Below, one piece after another: positions 39,247-49,177 of a stretch of 64,000 nucleotides of DNA. The stretch is taken from positions 96,288-160,287 of the forward strand of contig JBNKBE010000004.1 of assembly GCA_050287085.1 (NCBI GenBank), in the 5' to 3' direction. The notes below the pieces were generated by a model that saw only the letters and a list, made by a program, of their open reading frames with translations, was not told the DNA's origin and ran no database searches. The stretch is from Polyangiaceae bacterium (GTDB taxonomy: Bacteria; Myxococcota_A; Polyangia; Polyangiales; Polyangiaceae). Positions within the stretch are counted from its first letter, which is position 1; each line of letters opens with the position of its first letter. The translations under genes were made by a program, and so were the position numbers.

Positions 39247-39357
39247 ACGGTCTGGGTAGACCAGTTCCGTATGTGCTGCGGCGCCCTACAACAGGTCCAG
39301 CGAGCTACGATGGTCTTCGAGCGGCGACGTTGGCTATGCGCATCCGTCGCCGGCTTC

Positions 39358-39420
39358 GAGGCGCGACTCAGTTATGAGGTGCGACTCAGTGATAGAGCGC
39401 GACTCAGTGATAGAGCGCGG
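39358..39420. repeat. 18-bp tandem repeat spanning the stop codon of the adjacent OMP gene
   Basis: GAGGCGCGACTCAGTTAT GAGGTGCGACTCAGTGAT AGAGCGCGACTCAGTGAT AGAGCGCGG. Confidence 0.8.
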
Positions 39421-40096
39421 TAAACGCCAATGTGAGCGCGCCGTGTCCCGAGGTGGCGTCCCAATCGTCTTGGCTACCGCTCGTGCGGGCCAAAGTGAAG
39501 CGAAGCAGTCCGCCGAGGGCAACGTCGCTTGACACCCACGCATCGTAGCCGGCGAAGACCGAGCCGCCGATGCCATAGCCCGTGTCGACCAAGTTGGCAG
39601 ACGGCAGCGACAAGACCGCAAGCCCCACCATGCCCCCGAGGTGCCAGGGGCCGTTGGCATTCGGAAAGCCGTCGATGAACGCGCCCGCCAATAGCGAGGT
39701 GGTGTCGGCAGCGCCGCCCGAGCCGTCCTTGCTCAGGTCAGCCCCGAACGCCAGGTCCGACATGACGCCCCCACCGACGGCAAAGCCCGGCATGGGGGAG
39801 TAGCCCGCCATCAAGTCAATGCCCAGGCCAGCGCCCTTGAAATCCACGCTTTGGCTCGCGTTGTCGCTGTCGGCTTCCATTCCGCCGAGGGTGCGCCCGA
39901 CACCAACGCTTCCGCGCAGGTAGAAGCCGTCGTGGCGGTGGTAGGTCCGCTGCGTGGTTGTCGGCGCCTGACTGACCAGCGTGATCCTGTTGGGTTGTGG
40001 CGGCGCTTCTTCCGCCGCGGTCTCTTGCGCGGCCGCCGTGGCAGTTGCGCTGCTGACTAGAAGGAAGAGAAAAAGGCTTGCTGGTTTGTTTTGCAT
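39404..40096 (-). CDS. Small outer-membrane beta-barrel protein
   Basis: Signal peptide (ATAAAQ), HDGFYLRGSVGVG, alternating beta-strand pattern, C-terminal FTALYH. Confidence 0.7.
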   Translation of the reverse strand: MQNKPASLFLFLLVSSATATAAAQETAAEEAPPQPNRITLVSQAPTTTQRTYHRHDGFYLRGSVGVGRTLGGMEADSDNASQSVDFKGAGLGIDLMAGYSPMPGFAVGGGVMSDLAFGADLSKDGSGGAADTTSLLAGAFIDGFPNANGPWHLGGMVGLAVLSLPSANLVDTGYGIGGSVFAGYDAWVSSDVALGGLLRFTLARTSGSQDDWDATSGHGALTLAFTALYH

Positions 40097-40232
40097 ACTC
40101 GAATCTCCGGGCCGAGCGCCGGAGTGAGCCCGGCGTTCCCTCTGGAAGTACATGGTACGCTGCGTCTGGCAGCTGGCCCACATACTACGCAGAGGGCGCC
40201 TGAAGTATGCCCGAATAGTTTGCGGGCTGTGT

Positions 40233-42251
40233 CTACCAGCCGTCCGCCGAGCCGTGTGCGCCATCGACCGCCTTCCAAGCCCGCGGGGTCCGAAAGGTCA
40301 CGTCGGAATCGTCACCCCCGGGGGGGCTGGTGGAAAGCCGTCGGGCGGGCGGCGGGGCGGAAAGGTCGATTTGGAGAGCTGCAGCCTTGGCTTTGACCCT
40401 TGGGGTGGGGGCACTCGGAACGCTTCGACTCGGCTCTGCGGCGGGTTGCGCCTGAACCGGAAGCGCTTTCTGGCTGCGGGGCGCTTCTTGAATCGGAGGT
40501 GCGTAGGAGGGGGCGGCACCGCTCGAAGCGGGGGGCTCCGACTCCAGGAAGTCTTTGAATTCCTCCAGCAGTCCGCCTGCGCTGGACGGTGGGGGCGCGC
40601 TCGTGAATACCCCTCGCTCACCGAGTTCTCGGCTGGAGACGCCAATCGGTTCGGGCTCTTCCTGGCGCCTGGGCGCGACGGGGGCGCTCGCCCGGCGCTT
40701 CGAGCGCGGCGGCGGCTCCGGGGGCGGGACGGACGCTGGGTCGGGCGGCATTGATGGCGGCGCTGGAGCGATGCTGTGCACCTCGATCGTTCGGGGCAGG
40801 AGGTGCGAGTGCAAGGCCACCGGCGGTGCCGCGCCGCTGGCCACCTGATCCGTCACCGCTGGAGCGCCCCGGCGGCGCCCCTGAGAGCGGCGCAGAAACC
40901 ACACCCGTCGAAACCAGCGATGCCAGGCAACGAATACCACAAGCCCCAGCGCTGCGATCAGGCTGGGCGCGATCAGGACTTGCAGGCTTCGGCCGGGACC
41001 GCTGGAGCTTGCAGCTCCGATGGCACTGAGCGCCAGCATTGCAGCGGAGATGGAGCCCCCGCTGATGGCCGCCCAGCGTGGGATGTGGAGTTGCAGCGCA
41101 TTGAACTCGTCAACGCACAACGCACACCACGCGTCCGAGCCGAGTTGATGGGATGGGCATACGTAGCCGTGGCAAGCGGGACACTCGCTTGCGTAGGTGG
41201 GAACACCGCATACGACGCAGGGGAAGTTCTGGGGCACCTTCACGTGGGACTCCGCGCCAGCTTCTCGGCCAACGCGTTTGCCGAGCCGTTCACGCAGTGC
41301 GGTCAGGTGTTCCGGCTCGCCGCGGGGCTCGTCGCCTCGAAAGCCCGCGCGGGACTTTTCCGCCAACGCGTAGAGGTCGATCCAGAGCGTTGCGAGCTGC
41401 GGCTCCGAAAGCTCCATGTAGGAGGCTGCTTCGGTGCGCACGAGGCGCTCCATCTCGTGCTCGGGGAAGGGGCGAAAGAGGGCGTAGCTGAGCGTGTCAG
41501 CGATCCGCAATACCGCCACCATACGAGCCACCAGGGGGTCTTCGTAGGAGCGGGGCGAAGCGTGGTGCCAGGCCACGACTTGTGGGATCGGGCTTGGGAT
41601 GTTCCACGCAGAGAGCACTTGCCCGGCGAGATCGGCGTGGTCGTAGCCCAGCATGTCGCGCTCTTTCAGATGGGCGACGTCCGGTTCACCCGAAGCCAGT
41701 TCCAGCACCTCGGCATAGAGCTCTCCTTCGCAGTCGAGCAACATGAGCTTGCCGATGTCGTGAAGGAAACCGCAGGTGAAGAGCTCGTCCGCGGGGAGCC
41801 CAAAGTGTACGCCTAGATAGCGCGCAAGGGCGCCCACGATCGTCACGTGCTCCAGGATCCCCGCTGCGGTTTCTCCGGAAGCGTCATACATGTCCAAGAT
41901 GGCCGCCGTGGTCGCCACCTGATTGAGCTTCTGAATGCCGACCAGGGTGGCCGCGTGGGCGACGCTGGTGCACGCCGTGCGCAGCGCAAACCCGGCCGAA
42001 TTGACGAGGCGCAGCAAACGGGCCGACAATGCGGGATCGCTTTCCAAGAGCTCGACGACCTGGTTCATCCGGCATTCGGGATTGAGCGTCAGGGTTGAGA
42101 GGCGCTGAGCGGTCACCGGAAACGGTCGAGCGCCGAGAATGCTGCCGACCTGGGCCGCCAAGCTCTTGGCCGCCTTGCGCTCCGCTTGGCTCTGCTCCTC
42201 GGCGCTGCTACCGTACCAGAGCTCTTCGTTGAAGCTGTCCACGGTCGGCAA
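40233..42251 (-). CDS. HDOD domain protein with Cys/His cluster, two TM helices and Pro-rich tail
   Basis: ESDPALSARLLRLVNSA, FLHDIGKL, GYDHA..WNIP..VAWHH; CVVC..CPAC..CPSH..CALC. Confidence 0.85.
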   Translation of the reverse strand: MPTVDSFNEELWYGSSAEEQSQAERKAAKSLAAQVGSILGARPFPVTAQRLSTLTLNPECRMNQVVELLESDPALSARLLRLVNSAGFALRTACTSVAHAATLVGIQKLNQVATTAAILDMYDASGETAAGILEHVTIVGALARYLGVHFGLPADELFTCGFLHDIGKLMLLDCEGELYAEVLELASGEPDVAHLKERDMLGYDHADLAGQVLSAWNIPSPIPQVVAWHHASPRSYEDPLVARMVAVLRIADTLSYALFRPFPEHEMERLVRTEAASYMELSEPQLATLWIDLYALAEKSRAGFRGDEPRGEPEHLTALRERLGKRVGREAGAESHVKVPQNFPCVVCGVPTYASECPACHGYVCPSHQLGSDAWCALCVDEFNALQLHIPRWAAISGGSISAAMLALSAIGAASSSGPGRSLQVLIAPSLIAALGLVVFVAWHRWFRRVWFLRRSQGRRRGAPAVTDQVASGAAPPVALHSHLLPRTIEVHSIAPAPPSMPPDPASVPPPEPPPRSKRRASAPVAPRRQEEPEPIGVSSRELGERGVFTSAPPPSSAGGLLEEFKDFLESEPPASSGAAPSYAPPIQEAPRSQKALPVQAQPAAEPSRSVPSAPTPRVKAKAAALQIDLSAPPPARRLSTSPPGGDDSDVTFRTPRAWKAVDGAHGSADGW

Positions 42252-42449
42252 TACGGCTGCCGACGTGTTGGCCGAAGGGGTTGCCGGAATAAATCCTGGG
42301 CTGCGGCCCCAGGAACTGCGGTCTTGTTGCGCGCGTTTCCGCTTCTAGTCGCCGCGGAATTTTTGGGGTGGAGCTCCGGATTTCTGCCTTGCCGGCGCTG
42401 GTGCGTATTCCCCGTTCCGGTGCTCTCTTTCGTGTGGCAGCCTCCGGCC

Positions 42450-43850
42450 ATGAAGAAATGGGCGTGCTGGCTGCTGGCGGCCGCGTTCGTGGCCTCACCG
42501 GCCATGGCCAAGGTCAAACGCAAGCGTGCTCCGGCGCCCTCAGAGTCGGCGGGCAAGCCGCCCTCCGAGCCGCGTCCACGCCCCTCCGCCGCCCCTCCGC
42601 CGGCGTCACCACCCGTTCCGAGTGCTCGAGACGAGGAGGCGTCCGCGCCTTCACCGAGCGTCGTAGCGGAGCCCTCGCCGCCGCCGGTTCTGCCGCCGCC
42701 GCTTTCGGTGCCTTCCCCGAGCGTCGTAGCGGAGCCCTCGCCGCCGGTTCTGCCGCCGCCGCTTTCTGATAAGCCGTCACCACCAGCAGCGTCTGCCCAA
42801 GTGTCTTTGGGAACCCACGCGCCGGACAGTGGTGAATCACCGCAAGCGCAGGAGGTGAAGCCGCGCGTGCCGTGGCGCGGAACAGCGCTGCAGATGACGC
42901 AGGGGATGACCACCAGCCTGCTCGGAGTGGGGGGGCGCTATCAAAGCAGTGCGTACCGGCAGCTCGAGCAGACCTATGCGCTACTCCTGAACTACTACGT
43001 CGTTGACCGTCCGGAGTTCAAGGTTCGCGTCGCCACGAGGCCTTCGGTATCGCTGGAGTTGACCAATAGCGATACGACGACCCGACAACACGAGCCCGTC
43101 TTCAACAACCTCCCCGTTACGGCCGTGGGCCTGTGGACCTTGCATCAAGACGAGCAGGCGCAGGTCCAGTCGATCCTGCTTGGTAACTTCACGGCCACCC
43201 TTCCGACGTCGAAATTCTCTCCGGGCGAAATCGTGGGGCTGTCTCCTCGGTTGACCTTCATGCAGGCGCTGCCCCTGGCGGGCCGAGATGCGCCCGTGTT
43301 TAGCTCCATCCTGCTCGGAGTCGGCGGGCGCTACGATGGTCTGATCTCCAAGGCGACGGTGCAGACCTCCGACGCCGTCGCGCGTATTCCTCGTCAGACC
43401 GGTACGGGGGGGATCTCCCAGGTCGGCTCCGACGTGTTGACGGGCGCGCGCGTAGCACCCCATGCTTTTCAAGCTTCGGCCTTTGCGTTCTTTTCCGAGG
43501 AGGCCTTTGGCACGCCGCTCTTCTTCACCCTCGCCGCCTTCTACCGCAGTGCATTGTTATACGACGCTGCCGGCTCTCGCTACGCTCTGCCAACCGGCCC
43601 GGTCGAGGTGCCATCGACGGGTCGAGGTGCGCGGCAAACGGCGGGAGTGGACGTCAGCCTAGTGGTAGTCCCGATGACGGAGCTCGCTTTTGTCCTGGGT
43701 TACCAGAACGCCGCTGACCTGAGGGGACCGAGTCCCAATCCGCTGTATGCACCCACCGCGCAGTTTCAGGCGGGGTTGTCGGTGAATCTGGATGCCATCT
43801 ACGAGGGCGCCACGGGCCCTCGTCGCACGGTGCCTTTTGTTCTATTCTGA
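42450..43850 (+). CDS. Exported protein with Pro-rich N-terminus, probable outer-membrane beta-barrel
   Basis: Signal peptide MKKWACWLLAAAFVASPAMA, Pro-rich region, amphipathic beta-strands, C-terminal Phe. Confidence 0.65.
   Translation: MKKWACWLLAAAFVASPAMAKVKRKRAPAPSESAGKPPSEPRPRPSAAPPPASPPVPSARDEEASAPSPSVVAEPSPPPVLPPPLSVPSPSVVAEPSPPVLPPPLSDKPSPPAASAQVSLGTHAPDSGESPQAQEVKPRVPWRGTALQMTQGMTTSLLGVGGRYQSSAYRQLEQTYALLLNYYVVDRPEFKVRVATRPSVSLELTNSDTTTRQHEPVFNNLPVTAVGLWTLHQDEQAQVQSILLGNFTATLPTSKFSPGEIVGLSPRLTFMQALPLAGRDAPVFSSILLGVGGRYDGLISKATVQTSDAVARIPRQTGTGGISQVGSDVLTGARVAPHAFQASAFAFFSEEAFGTPLFFTLAAFYRSALLYDAAGSRYALPTGPVEVPSTGRGARQTAGVDVSLVVVPMTELAFVLGYQNAADLRGPSPNPLYAPTAQFQAGLSVNLDAIYEGATGPRRTVPFVLF
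42648..42766. repeat. Approximately 60-bp direct duplication encoding PSPSVVAEPSPP(P)VLPPPLS
   Basis: Two near-identical copies of CCTTC.CCGAGCGTCGTAGCGGAGCCCTCGCCGCCG...GTTCTGCCGCCGCCGCTTTC. Confidence 0.85.
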
Positions 43851-43855
43851 GGCGA

Positions 43856-44770
43856 CTATCGCGTGTTGTCGGGAGGCGGCGTCGCCGACTCGCCGCCCAT
43901 AATTCGCGTATTGGGCGGCACGGAGCTCAGCAGCCAGGCGTTGGCGCCGATGACGGAGCCCGCGCCGATCACGGTATTGCCGCCCAGTATCTTCGCTCCC
44001 GCGTAGATCGTGACGTCGTCTTCGATGGTGGGATGCCGCTTTTCGCTGCCACAGGGCGTTGAACGCGGAGTGCGGCGCACGCTGAGGGCGCCGAGCGTAA
44101 CGTCTTGGTAGAGCTTGACGTTGTTGCCTATCACGGCCGTCTCCCCGATCACCACCCCTGTGCCGTGGTCGATGAAGAAGCGCTCGCCGATGCTGGCTCC
44201 TGGGTGAATGTCGATTCCGGTGTCGGAGTGTGCGTTCTCCGCCAGGATGCGCGGGATCATCGGGACGCGGCTCTTGAACAGTATGTGCGCTACGCGATGG
44301 GCTGTGATCGCTCGAAGCCCCGGCACACTGAAGATGACTTCCTCGATGCTCTGTACGGCTGGATCCCCGTCGAAAGCAGCTTGAACGTCGCCGCTCAGGG
44401 TTTGGCGTAGGGCGGGTAATTGATTGAATAGATCGATCACGACCTGTTCGCACCAGCCGTCAGCGCAGGGGGGCATCCGACCTCGCTGTTGCTGATAGGT
44501 GATCGCTCGACGGATCTGCTCGACGAGGATCTCGTAAGCCGGGTAGAGCATCTCGCTGATCGAGTAGCGGAGGTTGTCTCGATCCAACTGGCGCGTAGCG
44601 TAGTAGCCCATGAGCAGCGCTGGTACGAGGTGATGATACGCTTCCAGTACCTGGCGCCGGTTCGGCAGACTGGCGCTTTCGAGATTGTTGATTTCGTTGT
44701 CGGAGTCGTAACTCGCCACCAAGGCGTCGATGGCCGTCTCGAGATCTTTGCTGCGCAGCGGGCGGTACAT
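43856..44770 (-). CDS. cysE: Serine O-acetyltransferase (CysE/EpsC type)
   Basis: DVQAAFDGDPA, TGIDIHPGASIG..FFIDHGTGVVIGET, YQDVTLG, KRHPTIED. Confidence 0.93.
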   Translation of the reverse strand: MYRPLRSKDLETAIDALVASYDSDNEINNLESASLPNRRQVLEAYHHLVPALLMGYYATRQLDRDNLRYSISEMLYPAYEILVEQIRRAITYQQQRGRMPPCADGWCEQVVIDLFNQLPALRQTLSGDVQAAFDGDPAVQSIEEVIFSVPGLRAITAHRVAHILFKSRVPMIPRILAENAHSDTGIDIHPGASIGERFFIDHGTGVVIGETAVIGNNVKLYQDVTLGALSVRRTPRSTPCGSEKRHPTIEDDVTIYAGAKILGGNTVIGAGSVIGANAWLLSSVPPNTRIMGGESATPPPDNTR

Positions 44771-44905
44771 GGCGGTGGCTCTAGCACATCACTCGGCAGC
44801 TCGGCAGGCGTGCGACCGGACAAACCCGTGCGCTAGGACATTGCGTGTCCACAAATTGGGGTCGATAACTGGACAAGGTTTCAGTGGTTGGATAGTACTG
44901 AACGC

Positions 44906-45247
44906 ATGATCGGACACAGCGAGTCGGCTCGGGTACTTATGGCGGCCTTCCTGCTCCTTCGAGAGGGGCAACCGCTTAATCTATTTACAATTTGTGGGGA
45001 GGCGGACATGGACGCCTACCGCGCCTTGCGGGCGCTTTCGCGACTTCACCAGCTGGGCCTCATGGACCGACGAACCCTCGGTCCAACCCTGGCGGGAGTG
45101 GCTGTGGCCGCGGGGTTGTGCGCGGAGCTAGAGGTGGAGCCTAGGCTCCGGCGGGCAACAGACCCATGGCCCCGCGGGTTTGCGTCTAGGAGAGCGGGGG
45201 CTGAGTGCCTACAGCGGAGGGCAAACGGCGGCGCGGACGCCGCCTGA
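44906..45247 (+). CDS. Small hypothetical protein, possible winged helix
   Basis: ALRALSRLHQLGLMD...TLAG pattern resembles a wHTH recognition helix and wing; fills the gap between cysE and the histone gene. Confidence 0.4.
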   Translation: MIGHSESARVLMAAFLLLREGQPLNLFTICGEADMDAYRALRALSRLHQLGLMDRRTLGPTLAGVAVAAGLCAELEVEPRLRRATDPWPRGFASRRAGAECLQRRANGGADAA

Positions 45248-45284
45248 GGGCGGGCCTCTAGGAAGGAGAGCTGTGTGTCTAGAG

Positions 45285-45803
45285 CTAGGCGCTGGGGCGG
45301 CCTCGCCACTCGGCGATGGCCGCTTCGACGTCTCGCGCCTGAATCGTCTTTCTGCCGTCCTGCGCGGCGAGCCGCAGGGCGGTGGTGCTCACCGAACGCA
45401 GAAGGTCCGAGAGGAGGGGCAATACCGTGTCGCTGGTGTTCATACCGGATTGCTCCCGGACGAACGCCTTGAGCTTGGACGCGACCACCAGGATCTCCTT
45501 CGAGGTCGGTGGTGCATCCACCGTGCTGCCGAGAACACGCCGCCGCGGTGGGGAGCTCGTGGCCGCCAGGGAGTCGGCGTTCTCCGCCGCCTTCTCGGCG
45601 GCGCGGGCCGCTTCCTGCGAAGGGGCCTTGTCCTCTTCCGCCCACGCATCTCGGTGCCGCATCATGGGCAAATGAGCTTCGAAACAGCTCACGCTGCAGA
45701 ACAGCATCGGGTTGCGCTTGCTTTGGCAGGTCGAGACGCTGCAGGTGTAGTACTTTTGCTCAAAGCCGATGGGCTTCTTGCAGATATTGCAGAGCTTCCA
45801 CAC
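45285..45803 (-). CDS. Bacterial histone-fold protein fused to an N-terminal zinc finger (ZZ-histone-like)
   Basis: C-terminal EILVVASKLKAFVREQSGMNTS...AAQDGRKTIQARDV resembles Bdellovibrio Bd0055-type histones; N-terminal CNIC..CSVSTC..FCSVSC..H; GGAGG RBS. Confidence 0.85.
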   Translation of the reverse strand: MWKLCNICKKPIGFEQKYYTCSVSTCQSKRNPMLFCSVSCFEAHLPMMRHRDAWAEEDKAPSQEAARAAEKAAENADSLAATSSPPRRRVLGSTVDAPPTSKEILVVASKLKAFVREQSGMNTSDTVLPLLSDLLRSVSTTALRLAAQDGRKTIQARDVEAAIAEWRGRPSA

Positions 45804-45929
45804 GGTGACCTCCCTATCAGAAGGTCACCGGGACGAAAAGCCGATTGCTGCAGGGGATCGTGGCCCAACGTCGCAATTTTTCGAGAGGCGGGGTTGACTG
45901 CTCGGAAATGATGCCAAGGTTGCGCCGCG

Positions 45930-47840
45930 ATGAGCGACAGCAAGGTCCATAACTTTCAAGCCGAGGTCTCCCAGGTCCTCAAGTTGGTCGTCAACTCGCT
46001 GTACAGCCACAAGGAGATCTTTCTCCGCGAGCTGTTGTCGAACGCTTCCGACGCCCTGGACAAACTCCGCTTTCGGGCGTTGAGCGAGCCGGAGCTGCTC
46101 GAGGGAGAAACCGAGTACCACATCCGAATCATCCCCGATGTCGAGAACAACACGGTGACGATCTCGGACAACGGAATCGGCATGACCGAAGCGGAGTTGG
46201 TCGACAATCTCGGGACGATCGCCCGCTCCGGGACCCGCGAGTTTCTGGAGAAGCTGCAGGCTGCGCAAGCGCAGAAGGACGTCCAGCTGATCGGTCAGTT
46301 CGGTGTAGGCTTCTACAGCTCGTTCCTCGTGGCGGATCGGGTGGACGTTGTGACGCGGGCCGCGGGGCAGACGCAGGCTTTCAAGTGGTCAAGCGACGCC
46401 AAGGAATCCTACACGGTGGAGCCCGCGGAGCGCGCTGGGCATGGCACGGACGTGGTTCTACACCTAGCCGACGACCAGAAGGAATACGCACAAGGCTATC
46501 GCCTGCGACACCTGATCAGCCAGTACAGCGACTATATCGAGCATCCGATCGAGATGCCCAAGGTGAAGCTCTCGTCCGAGGAAGATGAGGAGAAGAAAGA
46601 CGACGAGCCCACAGCGCCCGAGTTCGAGCGGGTCAACCAAGCGGGGGCCTTGTGGCAGAAAAGCGACAAGGACGTTGCCAAGGAGCAATACGAGGAGTTC
46701 TACAAGCACTTGAGCCACGACTGGGAGGCGCCGATGGCCTATCGGCACTTCAAAGTCGAAGGCACTCAGATGTTTGCCGGGCTCGTATTCCTTCCCAAGC
46801 GTCCTCCCTTCGACCTGTTCGATAGCAATGCCACGCATGGGGTACGACTGCATGTCAAGCGGGTCTTCGTGATGGACAATTGCGAGGAGCTGCTGCCCAA
46901 GTACCTGCGTTTCGTGCGCGGCTTGGTGGACTCTGAAGATCTGCCGCTGAATGTGTCGCGCGAGCTCCTGCAGGACAGTCGAGCAATCCGAATCATCAAG
47001 AAGCAGGTGGTCAATCACGCCCTATCGATGATCGAGGAGGTCGCGAGCGAGCGTGCCGAGGACTATGAGACCTTCTGGCGGTCGTTTGGCGCCGTTCTGA
47101 AAGAAGGCTTGCACTACGGAGCTGATGATAAGGAGCGGCTTGCGAAGTTGGTGCGCTACGAGTCGTCGACGACGGAGGGATTGACCTCGCTTTCCGACTA
47201 CGTTGGGCGCATGAAAGAGGGGCAGACGTCGATCTTCTACGCGGTCGGTCCCGACCGCCGTCTGCTCGAAAACAGCCCGCACTTGGAGCGCCTGCGCAAG
47301 CGTGGCTTCGAGGTCTTGTTCATGACCGATCCGGTCGACTCTTTTGCGGTCGCAGGTATCGGCGAGTTCGAGGGCAAGACCCTCGTCAGCGCAATGGACG
47401 ACAAGCTCGACCTCGGCGACGACGGCTCCGAGGAGGAGAAAGCGCAGCGCGAGACGGATAAGAAGGACGCCGAGTCGCTGCTCGGACGTTTTAAGTCCGT
47501 TTTGGAGAACAAGGTCTCCGAGGTCCGGGCTTCGGAGCGGCTGACGGATTCGCCGGTATGCCTGGTGATTCCCGAGGGAGGTGTTGCGCCCCACATCGAG
47601 CGCCTGATGCGGGCGCACAATCAGGCACTGCCGGCAACCAAGCGCATTCTCGAGGTCAATCCTTCCCATCCGGTCATCGCCAAGCTGAAGCGGGCGCACG
47701 AAACGGATCCGGAGAGCCCTGCGGTGGCAGACCGGATCGGGTTGCTCTACGACCAAGCCCTGATCGCTGAGGGCAGCCCGGTTGAAGATCCCGCTGAGTT
47801 TTCCAAGCGTCTGAGCCGGCTCATGCAGGCGGAACTCTGA
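45930..47840 (+). CDS. htpG: Molecular chaperone HtpG (Hsp90)
   Basis: FQAEV, SLYSHKEIFLRELLSNASDA, DNGIGM, GQFGVGFYS, DLPLNVSRE. Confidence 0.97.
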   Translation: MSDSKVHNFQAEVSQVLKLVVNSLYSHKEIFLRELLSNASDALDKLRFRALSEPELLEGETEYHIRIIPDVENNTVTISDNGIGMTEAELVDNLGTIARSGTREFLEKLQAAQAQKDVQLIGQFGVGFYSSFLVADRVDVVTRAAGQTQAFKWSSDAKESYTVEPAERAGHGTDVVLHLADDQKEYAQGYRLRHLISQYSDYIEHPIEMPKVKLSSEEDEEKKDDEPTAPEFERVNQAGALWQKSDKDVAKEQYEEFYKHLSHDWEAPMAYRHFKVEGTQMFAGLVFLPKRPPFDLFDSNATHGVRLHVKRVFVMDNCEELLPKYLRFVRGLVDSEDLPLNVSRELLQDSRAIRIIKKQVVNHALSMIEEVASERAEDYETFWRSFGAVLKEGLHYGADDKERLAKLVRYESSTTEGLTSLSDYVGRMKEGQTSIFYAVGPDRRLLENSPHLERLRKRGFEVLFMTDPVDSFAVAGIGEFEGKTLVSAMDDKLDLGDDGSEEEKAQRETDKKDAESLLGRFKSVLENKVSEVRASERLTDSPVCLVIPEGGVAPHIERLMRAHNQALPATKRILEVNPSHPVIAKLKRAHETDPESPAVADRIGLLYDQALIAEGSPVEDPAEFSKRLSRLMQAEL

Positions 47841-48082
47841 GTACCGCTCGGCTCCGGTCACTGGTCGCGGCTCCGCGAATGGGGCGGGGCGCCCCTTCCA
47901 TCGAGTAGGGGCTTCACTACAGTGTCGGCGTAGGGTGCGTCTGGCCCGCCGGCTACCGTCGCTTGTTTTCGCTGTCGGCTCGGTCGCTGTGTGTCGCCTC
48001 GGCGCGGGGTGTTACATTGCGCTGTGCGACGGGAGCTGGTGGCCGCAGGTGGTGACGGCCCCGGACCGAAGGGTGGCAAGCG

Positions 48083-48889
48083 ATGAGACAGACCAACGCT
48101 GGGGTGGGGCTCCGTAGGGAGTTGGTATCAACTCGAGAACGCCTTGGCCCTTGTGTCTCGGGGGTGGGGCCGTGGCTATCGCGGACGACGCTTAGGCGGC
48201 CCTGGCGCGCGCTGGTTGTCGTCTTCCTCGCTTGGGGATTGTACGGCTGCGACGGGGCTGAAAGGCGTTCTCGGGCGGGCCAGGGTACGGCGCATGGTGA
48301 GTTCAAGTTGGAAGGAAGCGCGAGCGCGACGCCGAGTCGAGCTTCCTTGCCCCCAACCCGAGGGCGAGGGGGCTTGGGTCCCGGCGCCAGCGGGGAGCTG
48401 GCGGCTTCAGTCGCGCCGGCAGGCGGCGAGTCCGGGGGGGTACAAGGGGGCTTGCGGGGCGCTACCTCAGCTCTGGAGCGGGTGGAGGGGCAGGCTCTGG
48501 CTCCCACAAAGGGCGCAGGGGCACCCGCGAATGCCGTTATGAGTGAACTCGGCCTGGCCGAGCTGACGCTCCGGCGCTTGGTTGCGGCGTCCGCCGTCGA
48601 AAGCCGAGAGCCAGTTGTCCCGGACGGACCTTTCGAGCCAGGCCAGTCGGTGGTCGCGTTTGTGGAAGTCGTCAGCGGGCCGGGCCAGCCGCACCCGATG
48701 CGTGTGGTCTTTGAGCAGACCCCTGGGCGTGAGGTCGCTGAGCTCACCCTCGAGGTTCCCGGCGCCCGTCCACGCTGGCGGACCTGGGGGCGAACGCGAC
48801 GCGTGGATCGCGCGGGCCGCTGGCGCGTGCGGGTCCTTACCCAAGGCGGGCGCGAGCTCGGTCAAGTCGAGTTTTCCGTCGAAGAGTGA
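48083..48889 (+). CDS. DUF2914-like domain exported protein
   Basis: Lipobox-like GLYGC; C-terminal VESREPV..., RWRTW, GRWRVRV...G.EL...F; start uncertain. Confidence 0.65.
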   Translation: MRQTNAGVGLRRELVSTRERLGPCVSGVGPWLSRTTLRRPWRALVVVFLAWGLYGCDGAERRSRAGQGTAHGEFKLEGSASATPSRASLPPTRGRGGLGPGASGELAASVAPAGGESGGVQGGLRGATSALERVEGQALAPTKGAGAPANAVMSELGLAELTLRRLVAASAVESREPVVPDGPFEPGQSVVAFVEVVSGPGQPHPMRVVFEQTPGREVAELTLEVPGARPRWRTWGRTRRVDRAGRWRVRVLTQGGRELGQVEFSVEE

Positions 48890-49177
48890 GCGCACGCGGC
48901 CCGACGTTTGGGGCGTGCAGATCGGCTCAAGGTCGAGCGCCTGGGGAACGCTATTGGCCGCCTCGCGCGGGGGGGATCGCAGCGTGCCGTGGGAAGGTGG
49001 GCGGCGGTAGGGGCTAGCACAGCAATTGTGTAGCAAGGGTGAAACCCAGATCTCCGTCGCGCGACTGGGGTGCGAGCGCGGATTACAATCGACGCGTGGC
49101 CCTCGACCGTGTAGACGGCCCTGAACTAGACTTTGCGAGCCCTTGTGGGGACACCGCTCGCTCTGATGAAGGACTTG

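Noticed and set aside
39358..39420. Short repeats as a possible CRISPR array
   Set aside because: Units are 18 bp, directly tandem with no spacers, and there are no cas genes in the window.
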